A stretch of 64,000 nucleotides of DNA from Bryobacteraceae bacterium (GCA_965225785.1 CBDDBV010000022.1:44803-108802); one strand, 5' to 3'; numbered from the stretch's first letter, positions 1 to 10,107 are shown. Made by a program: numbers and translations. The notes: generated by a model not told the origin, from the letters alone.

Positions 1-97
1 CGAAAACCGTTGGTTGTTTGGCGCTCTTTACCTGAGCGGCGCCCGGCGCGGCAAACGCCGAAAGAGACAGGAGAAACGGCAGCCAGCAATGTCGCAT
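1..97 (-). CDS. 5' end of a secreted protein (runs off the window)
   Basis: Manual translation MRHCWLPFLLSLSAFAAPGAAQVKSAKQPTVF...; GAGAGG RBS 5 nt before the ATG; signal-peptide-like (SAFA). Not in the ORF track. Confidence 0.7.
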   Translation of the reverse strand, partial: MRHCWLPFLLSLSAFAAPGAAQVKSAKQPTVF

Positions 98-128
98 CGA
101 AACCTCTCGTTCGACCGAAGAAACGAAC

Positions 129-242
129 TTATTGCCGCATCGGTTCCGTGAAATAGAAGCTCAGCCAGAACCACGCGATCCAAAATGCCACGCCAAAAGC
201 GAGCAGATACCAGAAGAGCTTGTTCCAGATCCCGCTCTTCAA
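129..242 (-). CDS. small single-pass membrane protein (37 aa, Trp/Phe rich)
   Basis: Manual translation from TTG: MKSGIWNKLFWYLLAFGVAFWIAWFWLSFYFTEPMRQ*. One clear hydrophobic helix; same strand as, and just upstream of, the secreted-protein gene. Confidence 0.5.
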   Translation of the reverse strand: MKSGIWNKLFWYLLAFGVAFWIAWFWLSFYFTEPMRQ

Positions 243-314
243 GATTGGCTCGACGATGCCCTTGCCTGTGCCGAACTCGAAAAGGGATGGGATGCGGATA
301 ATCTCTATGTTGGC

Positions 315-1193
315 ATGAATCGGACAGCGGCGGCGCGCAGCAGGCAGGCTTTGTTGGTTACCGCGGCGCTATTTTCCACGGGCGGCGCGGCCATCAAGAG
401 CATCCACATGCCGGGCGTGCAGGTAGCCTCGCTGCGCTCCGGTTTCGCCGCCATCGCGCTGTTCCTCTTTCTGCCCGCCGCGCGCCGCCACTGGAACGCG
501 CGCGTGCTGCTGGTCAGCGTCGCGTATGCCGTGACGCTCGCGCTGTTCGTGATCGCCACCAAGTTGACTACCAGCGCCAACGCGATCTTCCTGCAGGAAA
601 CGTCCACCCTGTACATCCTGATTCTCAGCACGGTTTTCCTGAAAGAAAAGGTGGCGCGGTCGGACCTTTGGTTGATGCTGCCGCTCGCGATCGGCATGGC
701 TCTGTTTTTCTTCGGCTCGGAAACCATCGTCCGCACCGCGCCCAATCCGCCGCTTGGAAATCTGTTCGCGGCAGCGTCGGGCTTATCGTACGCCCTGATT
801 GTGATCGGGTTCCGCTGGCTCTCGCGCTACGGGCATGAGGACGCCGGCATCGCTTCCGTGGGCCTCGGCAATCTTCTCGCGTTCGTCCTCTGCCTGCCGT
901 TCGCGTTTCCGTTCACTCCGGGGCGTCCGGTGGATTGGCTGATCCTCATGTATCTCGGCGTCTTCCAAATCGGGCTCGCTTACTTCCTGATGACGAAAGC
1001 CATGCGATACATTCCGGCCTTCGAAGCGTCTTTACTACTGCTGCTTGAGCCGGTCCTCAATCCCGTCTGGACCTGGCTGATCCATCGCGAGCGGCCGAGT
1101 AATCTCGCGCTCGCCGGAGGAGCCCTGATCCTTTGCGCCACCGCCGCTAAAACGTTCTGGAGCTCTTCCTACGGGAAGGGGCAGGCGTTGTAG
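315..1193 (+). CDS. EamA/DMT family transporter
   Basis: About 10 hydrophobic segments with two EamA-like repeats (LKEKV, LLEPVLNPVW..RERP). Start placed at the MNRT ATG, because the ORF-track extension is hydrophilic and overlaps the opposite-strand small gene. Confidence 0.9.
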   Translation: MNRTAAARSRQALLVTAALFSTGGAAIKSIHMPGVQVASLRSGFAAIALFLFLPAARRHWNARVLLVSVAYAVTLALFVIATKLTTSANAIFLQETSTLYILILSTVFLKEKVARSDLWLMLPLAIGMALFFFGSETIVRTAPNPPLGNLFAAASGLSYALIVIGFRWLSRYGHEDAGIASVGLGNLLAFVLCLPFAFPFTPGRPVDWLILMYLGVFQIGLAYFLMTKAMRYIPAFEASLLLLLEPVLNPVWTWLIHRERPSNLALAGGALILCATAAKTFWSSSYGKGQAL

Positions 1194-1233
1194 AGAGTAG
1201 GCGAGAGACTTTGCGCGCGTGCCAGAGTGCGAG

Positions 1234-1674
1234 TCAGTAAGCGAGAGCGAACGTCGCGCTCTGGGCGTTGTAGATGAACAAGCATCGGCTTAGAACATCT
1301 CGCCCGATCAGCGCTTGGATTCCCTGAGCCGCTAGGTTGGATTCGGTGATAGCCAAGTTCTGGATCACAAGCGGCGGCATCGTTCCACAGGGGACAATTA
1401 GGGACACGTCGTATGTGTTCGCCTGATGGGGTGTCGCGCCGGTGGAGGGCGTAAGAACTGACGTGATCCCCGTCGGGGTCAGACCCAAACTCCCCAGCGC
1501 TGCGGGATCGACGCAGGTGCAACTTGCTCCAGTGTCAACCAATCCCCGGAGCATTACGGGCATCGGGGCCGGCTGCCCAGCCGCGGTAAGTGCAGCAACG
1601 CGCGCCGCGCTCACACCGATAATGATGTCCACCAAGGGACCTGCCAACGTCAGTTGCAGGGTGAAATGGGGCAT
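1234..1674 (-). CDS. retropepsin-like (clan AA) aspartyl protease
   Basis: LVDTGAS catalytic motif and C-terminal ALIGRDVL motif; single domain, 146 aa. Confidence 0.88.
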   Translation of the reverse strand: MPHFTLQLTLAGPLVDIIIGVSAARVAALTAAGQPAPMPVMLRGLVDTGASCTCVDPAALGSLGLTPTGITSVLTPSTGATPHQANTYDVSLIVPCGTMPPLVIQNLAITESNLAAQGIQALIGRDVLSRCLFIYNAQSATFALAY

Positions 1675-1901
1675 TCTGGGACAATCAAGCGTGTGATCAA
1701 TTGAACCTGTTCCACTACCTGTATTTGCTTGACCAGGAATGGCTTGAGCCCGAACTTTTCATATCCCGAATTGAGCGCATCGTCATACGTCCCATAAACA
1801 CCCGATAACACGTCGCCGTGAATTAATGCGAACTTGCCTTGTTGCTCGCCGAGTTCCGGCAACCGCTGCTTGTAAGTCGCGAATTCTTGTTCGAGTTCCA
1901 T
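1650..1901 (-). CDS. small protein (DUF5678-like) paired with the aspartyl protease
   Basis: 83 aa, 'LPELGEQQGKFALIHGD..GVYGTYDDAL..GY' pattern typical of small proteins upstream of retropepsins; overlaps the protease start by 25 nt. Confidence 0.7.
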   Translation of the reverse strand: MELEQEFATYKQRLPELGEQQGKFALIHGDVLSGVYGTYDDALNSGYEKFGLKPFLVKQIQVVEQVQLITRLIVPECPISPCN

Positions 1902-2223
1902 TGCACCGTTTCCTTCTTCTACTGTCTCACCAGAAAAATCGGTTGCAGTGGCTGAAATTTTAGTCCCAGTTGTGCCGCGTCCCTGGAATCAGCTCACAAG
2001 TCGTTGAAACTGCACCAAAAACTCAGCTTGACGGGACTTCAGCACTTTGCCCAAAGCGGTGTGATCGTCTATACCTGTTCCATGGCCGAGACCTTCGGCT
2101 TGCTCGCCGCTGTGTTCGGCACGTAGTGTCCTAGAGCTTGGACAGCTTAGGCGAGGCGCCGAGAGAATGTTATTCTGGAAGAGCACACCTGAGCGGCGTG
2201 CCGAAAGATCTGGTCTAAACAAA

Positions 2224-3648
2224 TTGAAAGTCGGTTTTGTAAGTCTGGGCTGTCCGAAGAACCTTGTGGACAGTGAGGTCATGATGGGGCAGCTTGCCGC
2301 GCATGGCCACGAGCTCACGTCTCATCCGGATCAGGCCGACGTTCTGGTGGTCAACACCTGCAGCTTCATCGATCCCGCCAAAAAAGAATCGGTCGATACC
2401 ATCCTCGAAATGGCGGAGTACAAGCGCATCGGCAACGCCAAACGCCTGATCGTCGCCGGTTGCCTGGTGGAACGGTATCGCGGCGATATCCAGAAGGACA
2501 TGCCGGAAGTGGACGCCGTGATCGGGACCAATGAGATCGATAAGATCGTCGCCGTTTGCGAGGGTTTGGAAGCCGATTCCGGCCCGGTTGAACCGTATCT
2601 CTATCACGATTTAACACCGCGCGTCTTCGCCACTCCGCGTCATTTCGCGTACATGAAGATCGCGGAAGGCTGCGACCACCCGTGCAGCTTCTGTGTGATC
2701 CCGCAATACCGCGGCAAGTTCCGCAGCCGCCGCTTCGAGTCCGTAATCGCGGAAGCAACGCGCCTCTTCGGCCAGGGCGTCCGCGAAATCAACCTGATCG
2801 GCCAGGACACCACCTGCTACGGCGAAGACTTCGGCCTCAAGGATGGTCTGGCCAAACTGCTCGCGCGCCTGGCGTCCATCGAGACCCCGCAGCAGAAGTG
2901 GATCCGTTTCCTCTACGCATACCCGAACCGCGTCACGCAAGGCCTTCTAGACACCATCGCCGAACATGCCGCGCTGGTGAAGTACATCGATATGCCGCTG
3001 CAGCATGCCAGCGCGAACGTGCTGAAGCGCATGCGCCGCGGGGCCAATGGCGACATCTTCCTGAAGCTGCTCGAACGCATCCGGAAAACTATCCCGGGCG
3101 TGGCCATTCGCACCAGCTTCATCGTCGGCTTCCCCGGCGAAACCTCCGCCGATTTCGAAGAGCTCTGCCAGTTCGTCAAGGCCGCGCAGTTCGACCGGTT
3201 GGGCGTCTTCTCCTATTCCGATGAGGACACCAGCAAGAGTTTTGAACTCGACGGCAAGGTCAGCGCCAGGACGATTTACAACCGCAAGCGCACGCTCATG
3301 TCCGTGCAGCGCCGGATCTCCGCCGTGCGGAACCGCCGGTTGATCGGCGCCGAACTCCCGATTCTGGTCGAAGGCGTCTCCGAAGAAACCGACCTGCTGT
3401 GGCAGGGCCGCATCGCATCGCAAGCGCCGGAGATCGACGGCGTCACGCTGATCAACGATGTCGAAGGCGATGAACCGCGCGCCGGTCAAATCCGCACTCT
3501 GCGCGTCACCGAAGCTCATGACTACGATCTGGTCGGCACTCTGCTGGCTTCCGATGATGCGGAACTTTCGCGGGAGCCACTGCCGCTCGCGAACTTGATC
3601 CACATCCAGCCGGCCTCATTCGTCAATTCTCTAGTTCCCGCAAGATGA
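2224..3648 (+). CDS. rimO: ribosomal protein S12 methylthiotransferase RimO
   Basis: SLGCPKNLVDSE, NTCSFI, CxxxCxxC (EGCDHPCSFC) and TRAM domain (APEIDG). Start set at the TTG of MKVGFVSLG. Confidence 0.95.
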   Translation: MKVGFVSLGCPKNLVDSEVMMGQLAAHGHELTSHPDQADVLVVNTCSFIDPAKKESVDTILEMAEYKRIGNAKRLIVAGCLVERYRGDIQKDMPEVDAVIGTNEIDKIVAVCEGLEADSGPVEPYLYHDLTPRVFATPRHFAYMKIAEGCDHPCSFCVIPQYRGKFRSRRFESVIAEATRLFGQGVREINLIGQDTTCYGEDFGLKDGLAKLLARLASIETPQQKWIRFLYAYPNRVTQGLLDTIAEHAALVKYIDMPLQHASANVLKRMRRGANGDIFLKLLERIRKTIPGVAIRTSFIVGFPGETSADFEELCQFVKAAQFDRLGVFSYSDEDTSKSFELDGKVSARTIYNRKRTLMSVQRRISAVRNRRLIGAELPILVEGVSEETDLLWQGRIASQAPEIDGVTLINDVEGDEPRAGQIRTLRVTEAHDYDLVGTLLASDDAELSREPLPLANLIHIQPASFVNSLVPAR

Positions 3649-3809
3649 CCTGTCCGATTTGCCAACGTCCGGTCCGGAAGACCGACGAGGAATTTCCTTT
3701 CTGTAGTGAACGCTGCCGCACCATCGACCTGGGTAACTGGGCGTCCGAAAAGTACGTGATCTCCACACCCGTCAATCCGATGGATTTGCTGGACACCGAT
3801 GAAGACTAG
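3645..3809 (+). CDS. yacG: DNA gyrase inhibitor YacG (zinc finger)
   Basis: Manual translation MTCPICQRPVRKTDEEFPFCSERCRTIDLGNWASEKYVIS...; CPIC + PFCSERC + DLGxWA signature; ATGA overlap with the rimO stop. Not in the ORF track. Confidence 0.93.
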   Translation: MTCPICQRPVRKTDEEFPFCSERCRTIDLGNWASEKYVISTPVNPMDLLDTDED

Positions 3810-4266
3810 CGTCGCGCACGCGGTCGCCACGTGGTTCGGCTGCGGCCTGTTTCCGTGGGCGCCCGGGACCGCCGGTTCGCTGGGAGCGCTCGCGCCCGCG
3901 ATGGCGATCAACCGGTTCGCTCCCCTGAACGGCCGGGAAATCGCGCTGGCCGGGGTGATTCTTTTCGCGCCCGCGGTCTGGTCGGCGGACGTAACCGCGC
4001 GGCGCCTCGGTTTGAAAGACCCCGGGCTGATCGTGGTGGATGAAGTGGTGGGGCAATGCATCACGTTTGCGGGCGCCACGCACCTGAACTGGAAGAGTTT
4101 TGCCGCCGCGTTTGTATTGTTTCGTGCGTTCGATATTACCAAGCCTTTTCCAATCCGTAGACTGGAAGCATGGCCGGGTGGCCTTGGGATAGTGGCTGAC
4201 GACGCGTTGGCGGGAGTTTACGCCGCACTTGTCTTATTTCTAATGGGATGGTTCAATTTTTACTAG
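3799..4266 (+). CDS. pgpA: phosphatidylglycerophosphatase A
   Basis: APGTAGS, KDPGLIVVDEVVGQ, FRAFDITKPFP and GIVADDALAG motifs. Confidence 0.93.
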   Translation: MKTSVAHAVATWFGCGLFPWAPGTAGSLGALAPAMAINRFAPLNGREIALAGVILFAPAVWSADVTARRLGLKDPGLIVVDEVVGQCITFAGATHLNWKSFAAAFVLFRAFDITKPFPIRRLEAWPGGLGIVADDALAGVYAALVLFLMGWFNFY

Positions 4267-5301
4267 ATGGGAATCCGTAAGAGCTCGAATGGAAACCGGC
4301 CGGAGATTTCGCAAATCACCCCGCCGGCGGCAATCACAGGCGGCGAGCTCCAGATCCGGGGCAAGAGTTTCGCGCTCGGTGACCGCCCGCGCGTGACCAT
4401 CGGCGACGTCGCGGCGCCATTGGTGATCGGGTCCGATTCGCTTCTCATCGTCAAGGTTCCGGAAGGCGCGTCGGCCGGCGAACTCATCGTCAAGAACGCT
4501 CAGCAGAGCAGTCAGGCGTACACCTGCGACATCGGGATCATGATCGCTGAGAACCTGCATCCCGTCACCAATCCCGCGGTGGATGCGTTCGGCAATCTGT
4601 ACAGCACCTTCAGCGGATCGCGCGGGCAGAAAGTGCCCATCGCCATCTACAAGATCGACCTGAACTTTAACATGAAGCCGTTCTACGCGGACCTGATGAA
4701 CGCCACCGCCATGGTGTTCGATCGCGACGGCCAGCTTTACGTCTCCAGCCGCTTCGACGGCGTGGTTTATCGCATCACGCCCAACGGCACCATGACCATC
4801 TTCGTGGAAGGCATGGGCGTGGCCACCGGGCTCGCGTTCGATCGCGAAGACAACCTCTACGTCGGCGACCGCAGCGGAACCATTTTCAAGATCAGTCCGG
4901 AAGGTCAGATCTTCGTCTTCGCGACGCTGGAACCTTCCATCTCCGCCTACCATCTCGCCTTCGGGCCGGACCGGTATCTCTATGTCACCGGCCCCACAAC
5001 GTCCAGTTATGACGCCGTTTACCGCATCAGTCACGAAGGTGAGGTAGAGACTTTCTTCCGCGGTTTGGGCCGCCCACAGGGCATGGACTTCGATGAAAAC
5101 GGCACGCTCTATGTCGCCGGGTCGCTCAGCGGGCGTAAGGGCGTGGTACGGATTAAGCAGGATAAGACCGCGGACCTGTTCCTTTCCGGACCGGGCATCG
5201 TCGGCCTGCAGTTCATGCCGTCGCGCGCCATCTGCGTCGCCACCACGAACGCGCTGCATCGCGTCGACGTCGGCATTCGCGGTCTCCAGTTCGCGCGCTA
5301 G
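4267..5301 (+). CDS. IPT/TIG + NHL/SMP-30-like beta-propeller protein
   Basis: N-terminal Ig-like IPT (ISQITPPAA..GGELQIRGKSF) followed by repeated 'GLAFDREDNLYVGD'-type blades. Confidence 0.8.
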   Translation: MGIRKSSNGNRPEISQITPPAAITGGELQIRGKSFALGDRPRVTIGDVAAPLVIGSDSLLIVKVPEGASAGELIVKNAQQSSQAYTCDIGIMIAENLHPVTNPAVDAFGNLYSTFSGSRGQKVPIAIYKIDLNFNMKPFYADLMNATAMVFDRDGQLYVSSRFDGVVYRITPNGTMTIFVEGMGVATGLAFDREDNLYVGDRSGTIFKISPEGQIFVFATLEPSISAYHLAFGPDRYLYVTGPTTSSYDAVYRISHEGEVETFFRGLGRPQGMDFDENGTLYVAGSLSGRKGVVRIKQDKTADLFLSGPGIVGLQFMPSRAICVATTNALHRVDVGIRGLQFAR

Positions 5302-5304
5302 AAC

Positions 5305-6549
5305 ATGAGCGCGGAGATTATTGCGGTTGGGTCGGAACTCCTGACGCCGCAACGGGTGGATACCAATTCTCTGTTCCTCACGCAGGAATTGAATCAACTC
5401 GGCATTGAGGTCACGACCAAGTTCGTCGTCGGGGACGATCGCGAGCGCCTGGCCGATACTGTTCGCATGGCCGCCGCGCGTTCTCAATTCGTCCTCATCT
5501 CCGGCGGTTTGGGACCCACGGAAGACGACGTGACGCGTGACGCCGTCGCGCTGGCGGTGGATCGCCGCATGACCTTTCAATCTTCCATCAGCGATGCGAT
5601 CGAGCAGCGCTTCCGTAGCTTCGGCCGCACCAGCATGCCGGAGATCAATAAGCGGCAGGCCTTCGTCATCGAAGGCGCGGACGTGCTGCCGAACGATCGC
5701 GGCACCGCGCCGGGCATGTGGATCGACCATCGCCACTGCTCCATCGTTCTGCTTCCCGGTCCGCCGCATGAGTTGAAGTCGATGTTTCTGAAGCAATGTC
5801 TGGCGCGTATTGAGCGGCGCGTGCCGAAGCAGTTCATCGAGACGCTGATCCTGCGCATTGCAGGCATGGGCGAGAGCGATCTTGACCAGACCATCGCGCC
5901 GGTTTACAAGAAGTACACCAATCCGGTGACCACGGTTCTGGCGCATAACGGCGACTTGCAGGTGCATCTGCGCGCCCGCTGCTCCACACGCGCCGAGGCG
6001 TTGACGCTGCTCGCCGAAGTCGGCGGACGCATTGAACCGCTGTTGGGCGATCGCATCTACTCGCGCAATGGCGACTCGCTCGAAGTGGTGATCGGCACGC
6101 TCCTAAAGAAGCACAAAGCTTTTCTGACCGTCGCCGAAAGCGCCACCGGCGGCCTTCTTGCGGAGCGTATTACCAATGTCCCGGGCAGTTCCGATTACTT
6201 CCTGGGCGGCTTCGTCACTTACTCGAAACTTTTGAAGATGTCCCTTCTGGGCGTACCGGCCGAGATGCTGGAAAAGTTCGGACCGGTCAGTCAGGAGACG
6301 GCGGAAGCCATGGCCACCGGAGCGCGCGTGCGGACCGCCGCTACGCATGCGGTGGCCATCACCGGCAACGCCGGGCCAACCACCGACGGCGATAAAGCTC
6401 CGGTAGGAATGATGTACGTTTCGCTCGCGGATGCCTCGGGCGTAACCACGGTCAATCGCGTCTTCCCCGGCGATCGGGAACGCAATCGGCACTTCGCGGG
6501 GCAGATGGCGTTGGATCTTCTGCGCAAACGGCTGACGCGGCCAATTTAG
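5305..6549 (+). CDS. cinA: competence/damage-inducible protein CinA (MoCF domain + NMN deamidase)
   Basis: VGSELL..DTNS, SGGLGPTEDDVT, PGPPHE, VAESATGG and PGSSDYF motifs. Confidence 0.93.
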   Translation: MSAEIIAVGSELLTPQRVDTNSLFLTQELNQLGIEVTTKFVVGDDRERLADTVRMAAARSQFVLISGGLGPTEDDVTRDAVALAVDRRMTFQSSISDAIEQRFRSFGRTSMPEINKRQAFVIEGADVLPNDRGTAPGMWIDHRHCSIVLLPGPPHELKSMFLKQCLARIERRVPKQFIETLILRIAGMGESDLDQTIAPVYKKYTNPVTTVLAHNGDLQVHLRARCSTRAEALTLLAEVGGRIEPLLGDRIYSRNGDSLEVVIGTLLKKHKAFLTVAESATGGLLAERITNVPGSSDYFLGGFVTYSKLLKMSLLGVPAEMLEKFGPVSQETAEAMATGARVRTAATHAVAITGNAGPTTDGDKAPVGMMYVSLADASGVTTVNRVFPGDRERNRHFAGQMALDLLRKRLTRPI

Positions 6550-6558
6550 AGCAAGTCT

Positions 6559-8202
6559 CTAAAGCCGCGTCGCTCTCATCTCCTCCGCCAGATAATCCGT
6601 CGCGCGCCAGCACAGCGCCAGAATCGTGAGTGTCGGATTCTTTTCCGAAGCCGTCGTAAACGCCGCGCCGTCGGTGACGAAGACGTTCGGCGCTTCATGC
6701 ATCTGGCAGAAACCGTTCAGTGCGGAACGCTTCGGGTCCGCGCCCATGCGGCACGTCGCGTGTTCATGGATCGCCCCGCCGTTGACGTCCAGCCACCCGC
6801 GCTGGAACGGCAGAATCTCCGCTTTGGCCTCATGCAGCAGGCCTTCCGCCATTTCGTACATCTCCTGCGCCATCTTCTTCTCGTTCTCGCCCACGCGGTA
6901 TTCGATGCGCGCGATGGGCACGCCGTATTGATCGAGCGGCGTGTTCTCCACCGTCACCCGGTTGTACTTCTGCGGCAGCACTTCGCCATAGGGATGCAGC
7001 GCCACCAGCGCCGGATAGCGCTTCCTCACGCCCGCCTTAAAGTCCTTCCCGAAGCCCGGCATCTTCTTTGCCCAGGCCGCGTCTCCCTGTGCGCCGCAGC
7101 CCCAGAACTGACTGCCGAATCCTCGCAGATAGTCGCGCTTCTTTCCGCGATAGTTGTAGCGCGGCATATAGATATGCGCGCCGCCGATGCCATCGTCATC
7201 GTGCGTCTCCGTGCTCAAAAGCTCCGGCAGAAATCCGTACATGTGAAAGCGGATTTGCTCGGAAAGGTAGCGCCCGATCACGTCCGACCCGTTCCCAATT
7301 CCGTTCGGATACCGTTCCGATTTCGAGTTCAACAGAATGCGCGTGGAGTCGATGCAGCTCGCCGCCACCACCACCACCCGCGCCCGCACCGTCTTCCGCT
7401 CGCGCGTGAAGCGATCGAAGTATTCGACCCCGCTCGCCTTGCCGTCATCGCCCGCCAGAACGCGCGAAACCACGGCGTTGTCGATCACGCTCAAACGCCC
7501 GGTTGCGAGCGCCGGCTCGACCAGATAATCCGACGAATTGAAGAACGCCGACACATCGCAGCCGCGTCCGCACGCGCCGCAGTAATGGCACTGGTTGTGG
7601 CCGCGCGAGGTGTTCGTGTTCACCGCGCGCCGCCCATGCACGATCGGAATTCCCATGCGCACGCCCGCGCTCTGGAGGAGTTTTTCGCCGCAGCGCAAGT
7701 TGGGCGGCGGCAGATGATACTTACTGCCGGGCAATGATTCGGAACTATCGTCGCCGCCGTTGACGCCGATCAACTGATCCACCTGATCGTAGTAAGGCGC
7801 GATGTCTTTGTAACGGATCGGCCAGGGAATCTCCCAGCCGTCATGCTCGGCGGCGGCGAAGTCGAGGTCGGAATAGCGCAGGGACACGCGGCCCCACACA
7901 TTCGTCTTGCCGCCGCGTCCCCACACGCGCGTCAGTTCGAACGGCTGATCCGCCGGCGTCGTATACGGCTGCTCTTTGTTATCGAGGTAGAAGCGCGGCG
8001 GCTTCTCGCCCGCTTCCGTGCGGCTGCGCCAATCCCACGGCGTCACATGCGTCCAATACTTCGAGCGCTGGAACCGCGTTCCCGCATCCAGCATCAGCAC
8101 CTTCACGCCTTTGCGCGTCAGGTTCCAGGCCGCCATTCCACCCGCGGCCCCGCTGCCGATCACCACCACATCGTGAACTTCCGGAGCCGTCTGGATCTGC
8201 AT
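6559..8202 (-). CDS. GMC family FAD oxidoreductase
   Basis: [11 protein letters not shown] Rossmann motif, CxxCGxCxxGC, HEHATCRMG and NPTLTILAL. True start taken as MQIQTAPE; the ORF-track extension is antisense to recQ. Confidence 0.92.
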   Translation of the reverse strand: MQIQTAPEVHDVVVIGSGAAGGMAAWNLTRKGVKVLMLDAGTRFQRSKYWTHVTPWDWRSRTEAGEKPPRFYLDNKEQPYTTPADQPFELTRVWGRGGKTNVWGRVSLRYSDLDFAAAEHDGWEIPWPIRYKDIAPYYDQVDQLIGVNGGDDSSESLPGSKYHLPPPNLRCGEKLLQSAGVRMGIPIVHGRRAVNTNTSRGHNQCHYCGACGRGCDVSAFFNSSDYLVEPALATGRLSVIDNAVVSRVLAGDDGKASGVEYFDRFTRERKTVRARVVVVAASCIDSTRILLNSKSERYPNGIGNGSDVIGRYLSEQIRFHMYGFLPELLSTETHDDDGIGGAHIYMPRYNYRGKKRDYLRGFGSQFWGCGAQGDAAWAKKMPGFGKDFKAGVRKRYPALVALHPYGEVLPQKYNRVTVENTPLDQYGVPIARIEYRVGENEKKMAQEMYEMAEGLLHEAKAEILPFQRGWLDVNGGAIHEHATCRMGADPKRSALNGFCQMHEAPNVFVTDGAAFTTASEKNPTLTILALCWRATDYLAEEMRATRL

Positions 8203-8220
8203 GATATTCGATATCGCGGG

Positions 8221-8230
8221 TACAATTATA
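8221..8230. promoter_or_regulatory. overlapping divergent -10 boxes (TACAAT on +, TATAAT on -)
   Basis: TACAATTATA lies within the 30-bp gap between the GMC and recQ starts; TACAAT is 6 nt before the recQ TTG. Confidence 0.6.
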
Positions 8231-8232
8231 TT

Positions 8233-10107
8233 TTGTCCGACTCCACCGAGCTCCATGAGGCTCTCCGCCGCTATTGGGGCTACGACTCTTTCCGTCCACT
8301 GCAGGAGAGAATCATCCGCAGCCTGGTGGACGGGCACGATGTCGCGGTCGTCATGCCCACCGGCGGAGGCAAGTCGCTCTGCTACCAGCTTCCCGCGCTG
8401 GTCTCGGGGAGGACCGCGGTCGTCATTTCGCCGCTGATCGCGCTGATGCAGGATCAGGCCGCGCAGCTCGCGCAGATGGGCATCCCCGCCTCCGTGCTTA
8501 ACAGCAGCATGGGCGCGCCGGAACAATCGAAGGTGATGCGGATGGCGGCGGAAGGCGCGTTCCGGTTGCTTTATCTTTCTCCCGAACGGCTCGCGCGGCA
8601 GGATACCGTGCGCTGGCTGCAGCGCATTCCCATTGCTTTCTTCGCCATCGATGAAGCGCATTGCATTTCGGAGTGGGGGCATGAGTTCCGGCCCGAGTAT
8701 CGCCAGTTAAAGCGCCTGCGCGACCACTTCCCGGAGCAGCCCATCGCGGCCTTCACGGCCAGTGCGACACAGCGCGTGCGGCATGACATTCTCGATCAGC
8801 TCGGCCTGCGCAATCCTCACAAATATATCGCCAGTTTCCATCGGCCCAACCTGCGCTACATCGTGAAGGAGTGCGAGCCGAAGACGCAGGAGAAGCTTCT
8901 GCTCCACGCGCTGCAAGCGCACGATGGCGCGAACGTGATCATCTACGCGCCCACCATCGCGCGCGTGGAAGAGACTGTTGACTACCTGGGCGATAACGGA
9001 ATCGCCGCCGTGCCTTATCACGGGCAGATGGATAACGCGTCGCGCCAGCGCAATCAGGAGCGGTGGATGTCCGATGAAGTGCGCATCCTGGTGGGCACGC
9101 TCGCGTTCGGACTAGGCATCAACAAGAGCGCCGTGCGCGCCGTGATTCACCTGTCATTGCCGAAGTCGATCGAGCAGTATTATCAGGAGGCCGGACGCGC
9201 CGGACGCGATGGCGAGCCCGCCGAGTGCGCGCTGCTGTGGCAGAAGAAAGACGCGGGATTGCTGGCCTACTTCTGCGAGCAGTTAAGCGACAAGGAGGAG
9301 AAGCAGCGGGCGTGGCAGCGCTATCATGCCATCCACAATTTTGCGTTGAGCGAGGCTTGCCGGCATAGGCAGATCTGCCTGCATTTCGGCGAGACCCCGA
9401 AGTGGGAAAACTGCGGCATGTGCGACCGGTGCGCGGAAGTGCCCGCGTGGATGCAAAGCAGGTCGCTGGTATCGAAGGTGCGCGGCGCAATACGGGAAAG
9501 ATCCCGGCCCCAGCCGTCCGCACGCGCGCCGGAAGCGAATCCGGACATGGTGGAGTTCCTGCGGGAATGGCGGCGCGAAGTGGCGCGGCAGAAACAAACG
9601 CCCGCGTTCATGATCATGTCGGATGCCACGCTGACCGACATCTGCGTCAAGCGTCCGCGCACGCTCGATCAATTAGCGGCAAACATCTCCGGCATCGGCG
9701 CGCGCAAAGCTGAACTCTACGGCATGCAGATACTGCAGGCGCTGGAGCGCTTCGGCGATGGCGAGCGAGCGCGCTTCGAACGGCCGCGCGAAGCCAGCAT
9801 AGCGCCCGCGGAAGAGACTCTGCATCTGCTGGCGCAAGGCAAAAGCTTCGAGGAAATCGCGCGCCTGCGCGGGCGTCAACTGGCGACGGTGGTCGGTATG
9901 GTCTCGACGCTGATTGAACAGGGCAAGCTGGAGTTCCAGCCGGATTGGATTCGTCCCGGCATCCTGGAGCGCGTGGAATCGGCCGCGGCGGATGCGGGCC
10001 ATCAATGGTTGAAACCGCTGAAGGAGAAAGTGCCCGAGGCGACATTCGATGAGATCCGGCTGATCGTGGCGAAGCTGAGAAGTCAGGCGATGCCGCGCTC
10101 GGGCTAA
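8233..10107 (+). CDS. recQ: ATP-dependent DNA helicase RecQ family
   Basis: [37 protein letters not shown], Zn-binding CR..CGMCDRC, HRDC and C-terminal HTH. Start set at the TTG of LSDSTEL. Confidence 0.95.
   Translation: MSDSTELHEALRRYWGYDSFRPLQERIIRSLVDGHDVAVVMPTGGGKSLCYQLPALVSGRTAVVISPLIALMQDQAAQLAQMGIPASVLNSSMGAPEQSKVMRMAAEGAFRLLYLSPERLARQDTVRWLQRIPIAFFAIDEAHCISEWGHEFRPEYRQLKRLRDHFPEQPIAAFTASATQRVRHDILDQLGLRNPHKYIASFHRPNLRYIVKECEPKTQEKLLLHALQAHDGANVIIYAPTIARVEETVDYLGDNGIAAVPYHGQMDNASRQRNQERWMSDEVRILVGTLAFGLGINKSAVRAVIHLSLPKSIEQYYQEAGRAGRDGEPAECALLWQKKDAGLLAYFCEQLSDKEEKQRAWQRYHAIHNFALSEACRHRQICLHFGETPKWENCGMCDRCAEVPAWMQSRSLVSKVRGAIRERSRPQPSARAPEANPDMVEFLREWRREVARQKQTPAFMIMSDATLTDICVKRPRTLDQLAANISGIGARKAELYGMQILQALERFGDGERARFERPREASIAPAEETLHLLAQGKSFEEIARLRGRQLATVVGMVSTLIEQGKLEFQPDWIRPGILERVESAAADAGHQWLKPLKEKVPEATFDEIRLIVAKLRSQAMPRSG

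Noticed and set aside
7843-8682. Apparent long overlap between the recQ and GMC ORFs
   Set aside because: An artefact of longest-ORF starts; conserved domains begin at 8233 (+) and 8202 (-).
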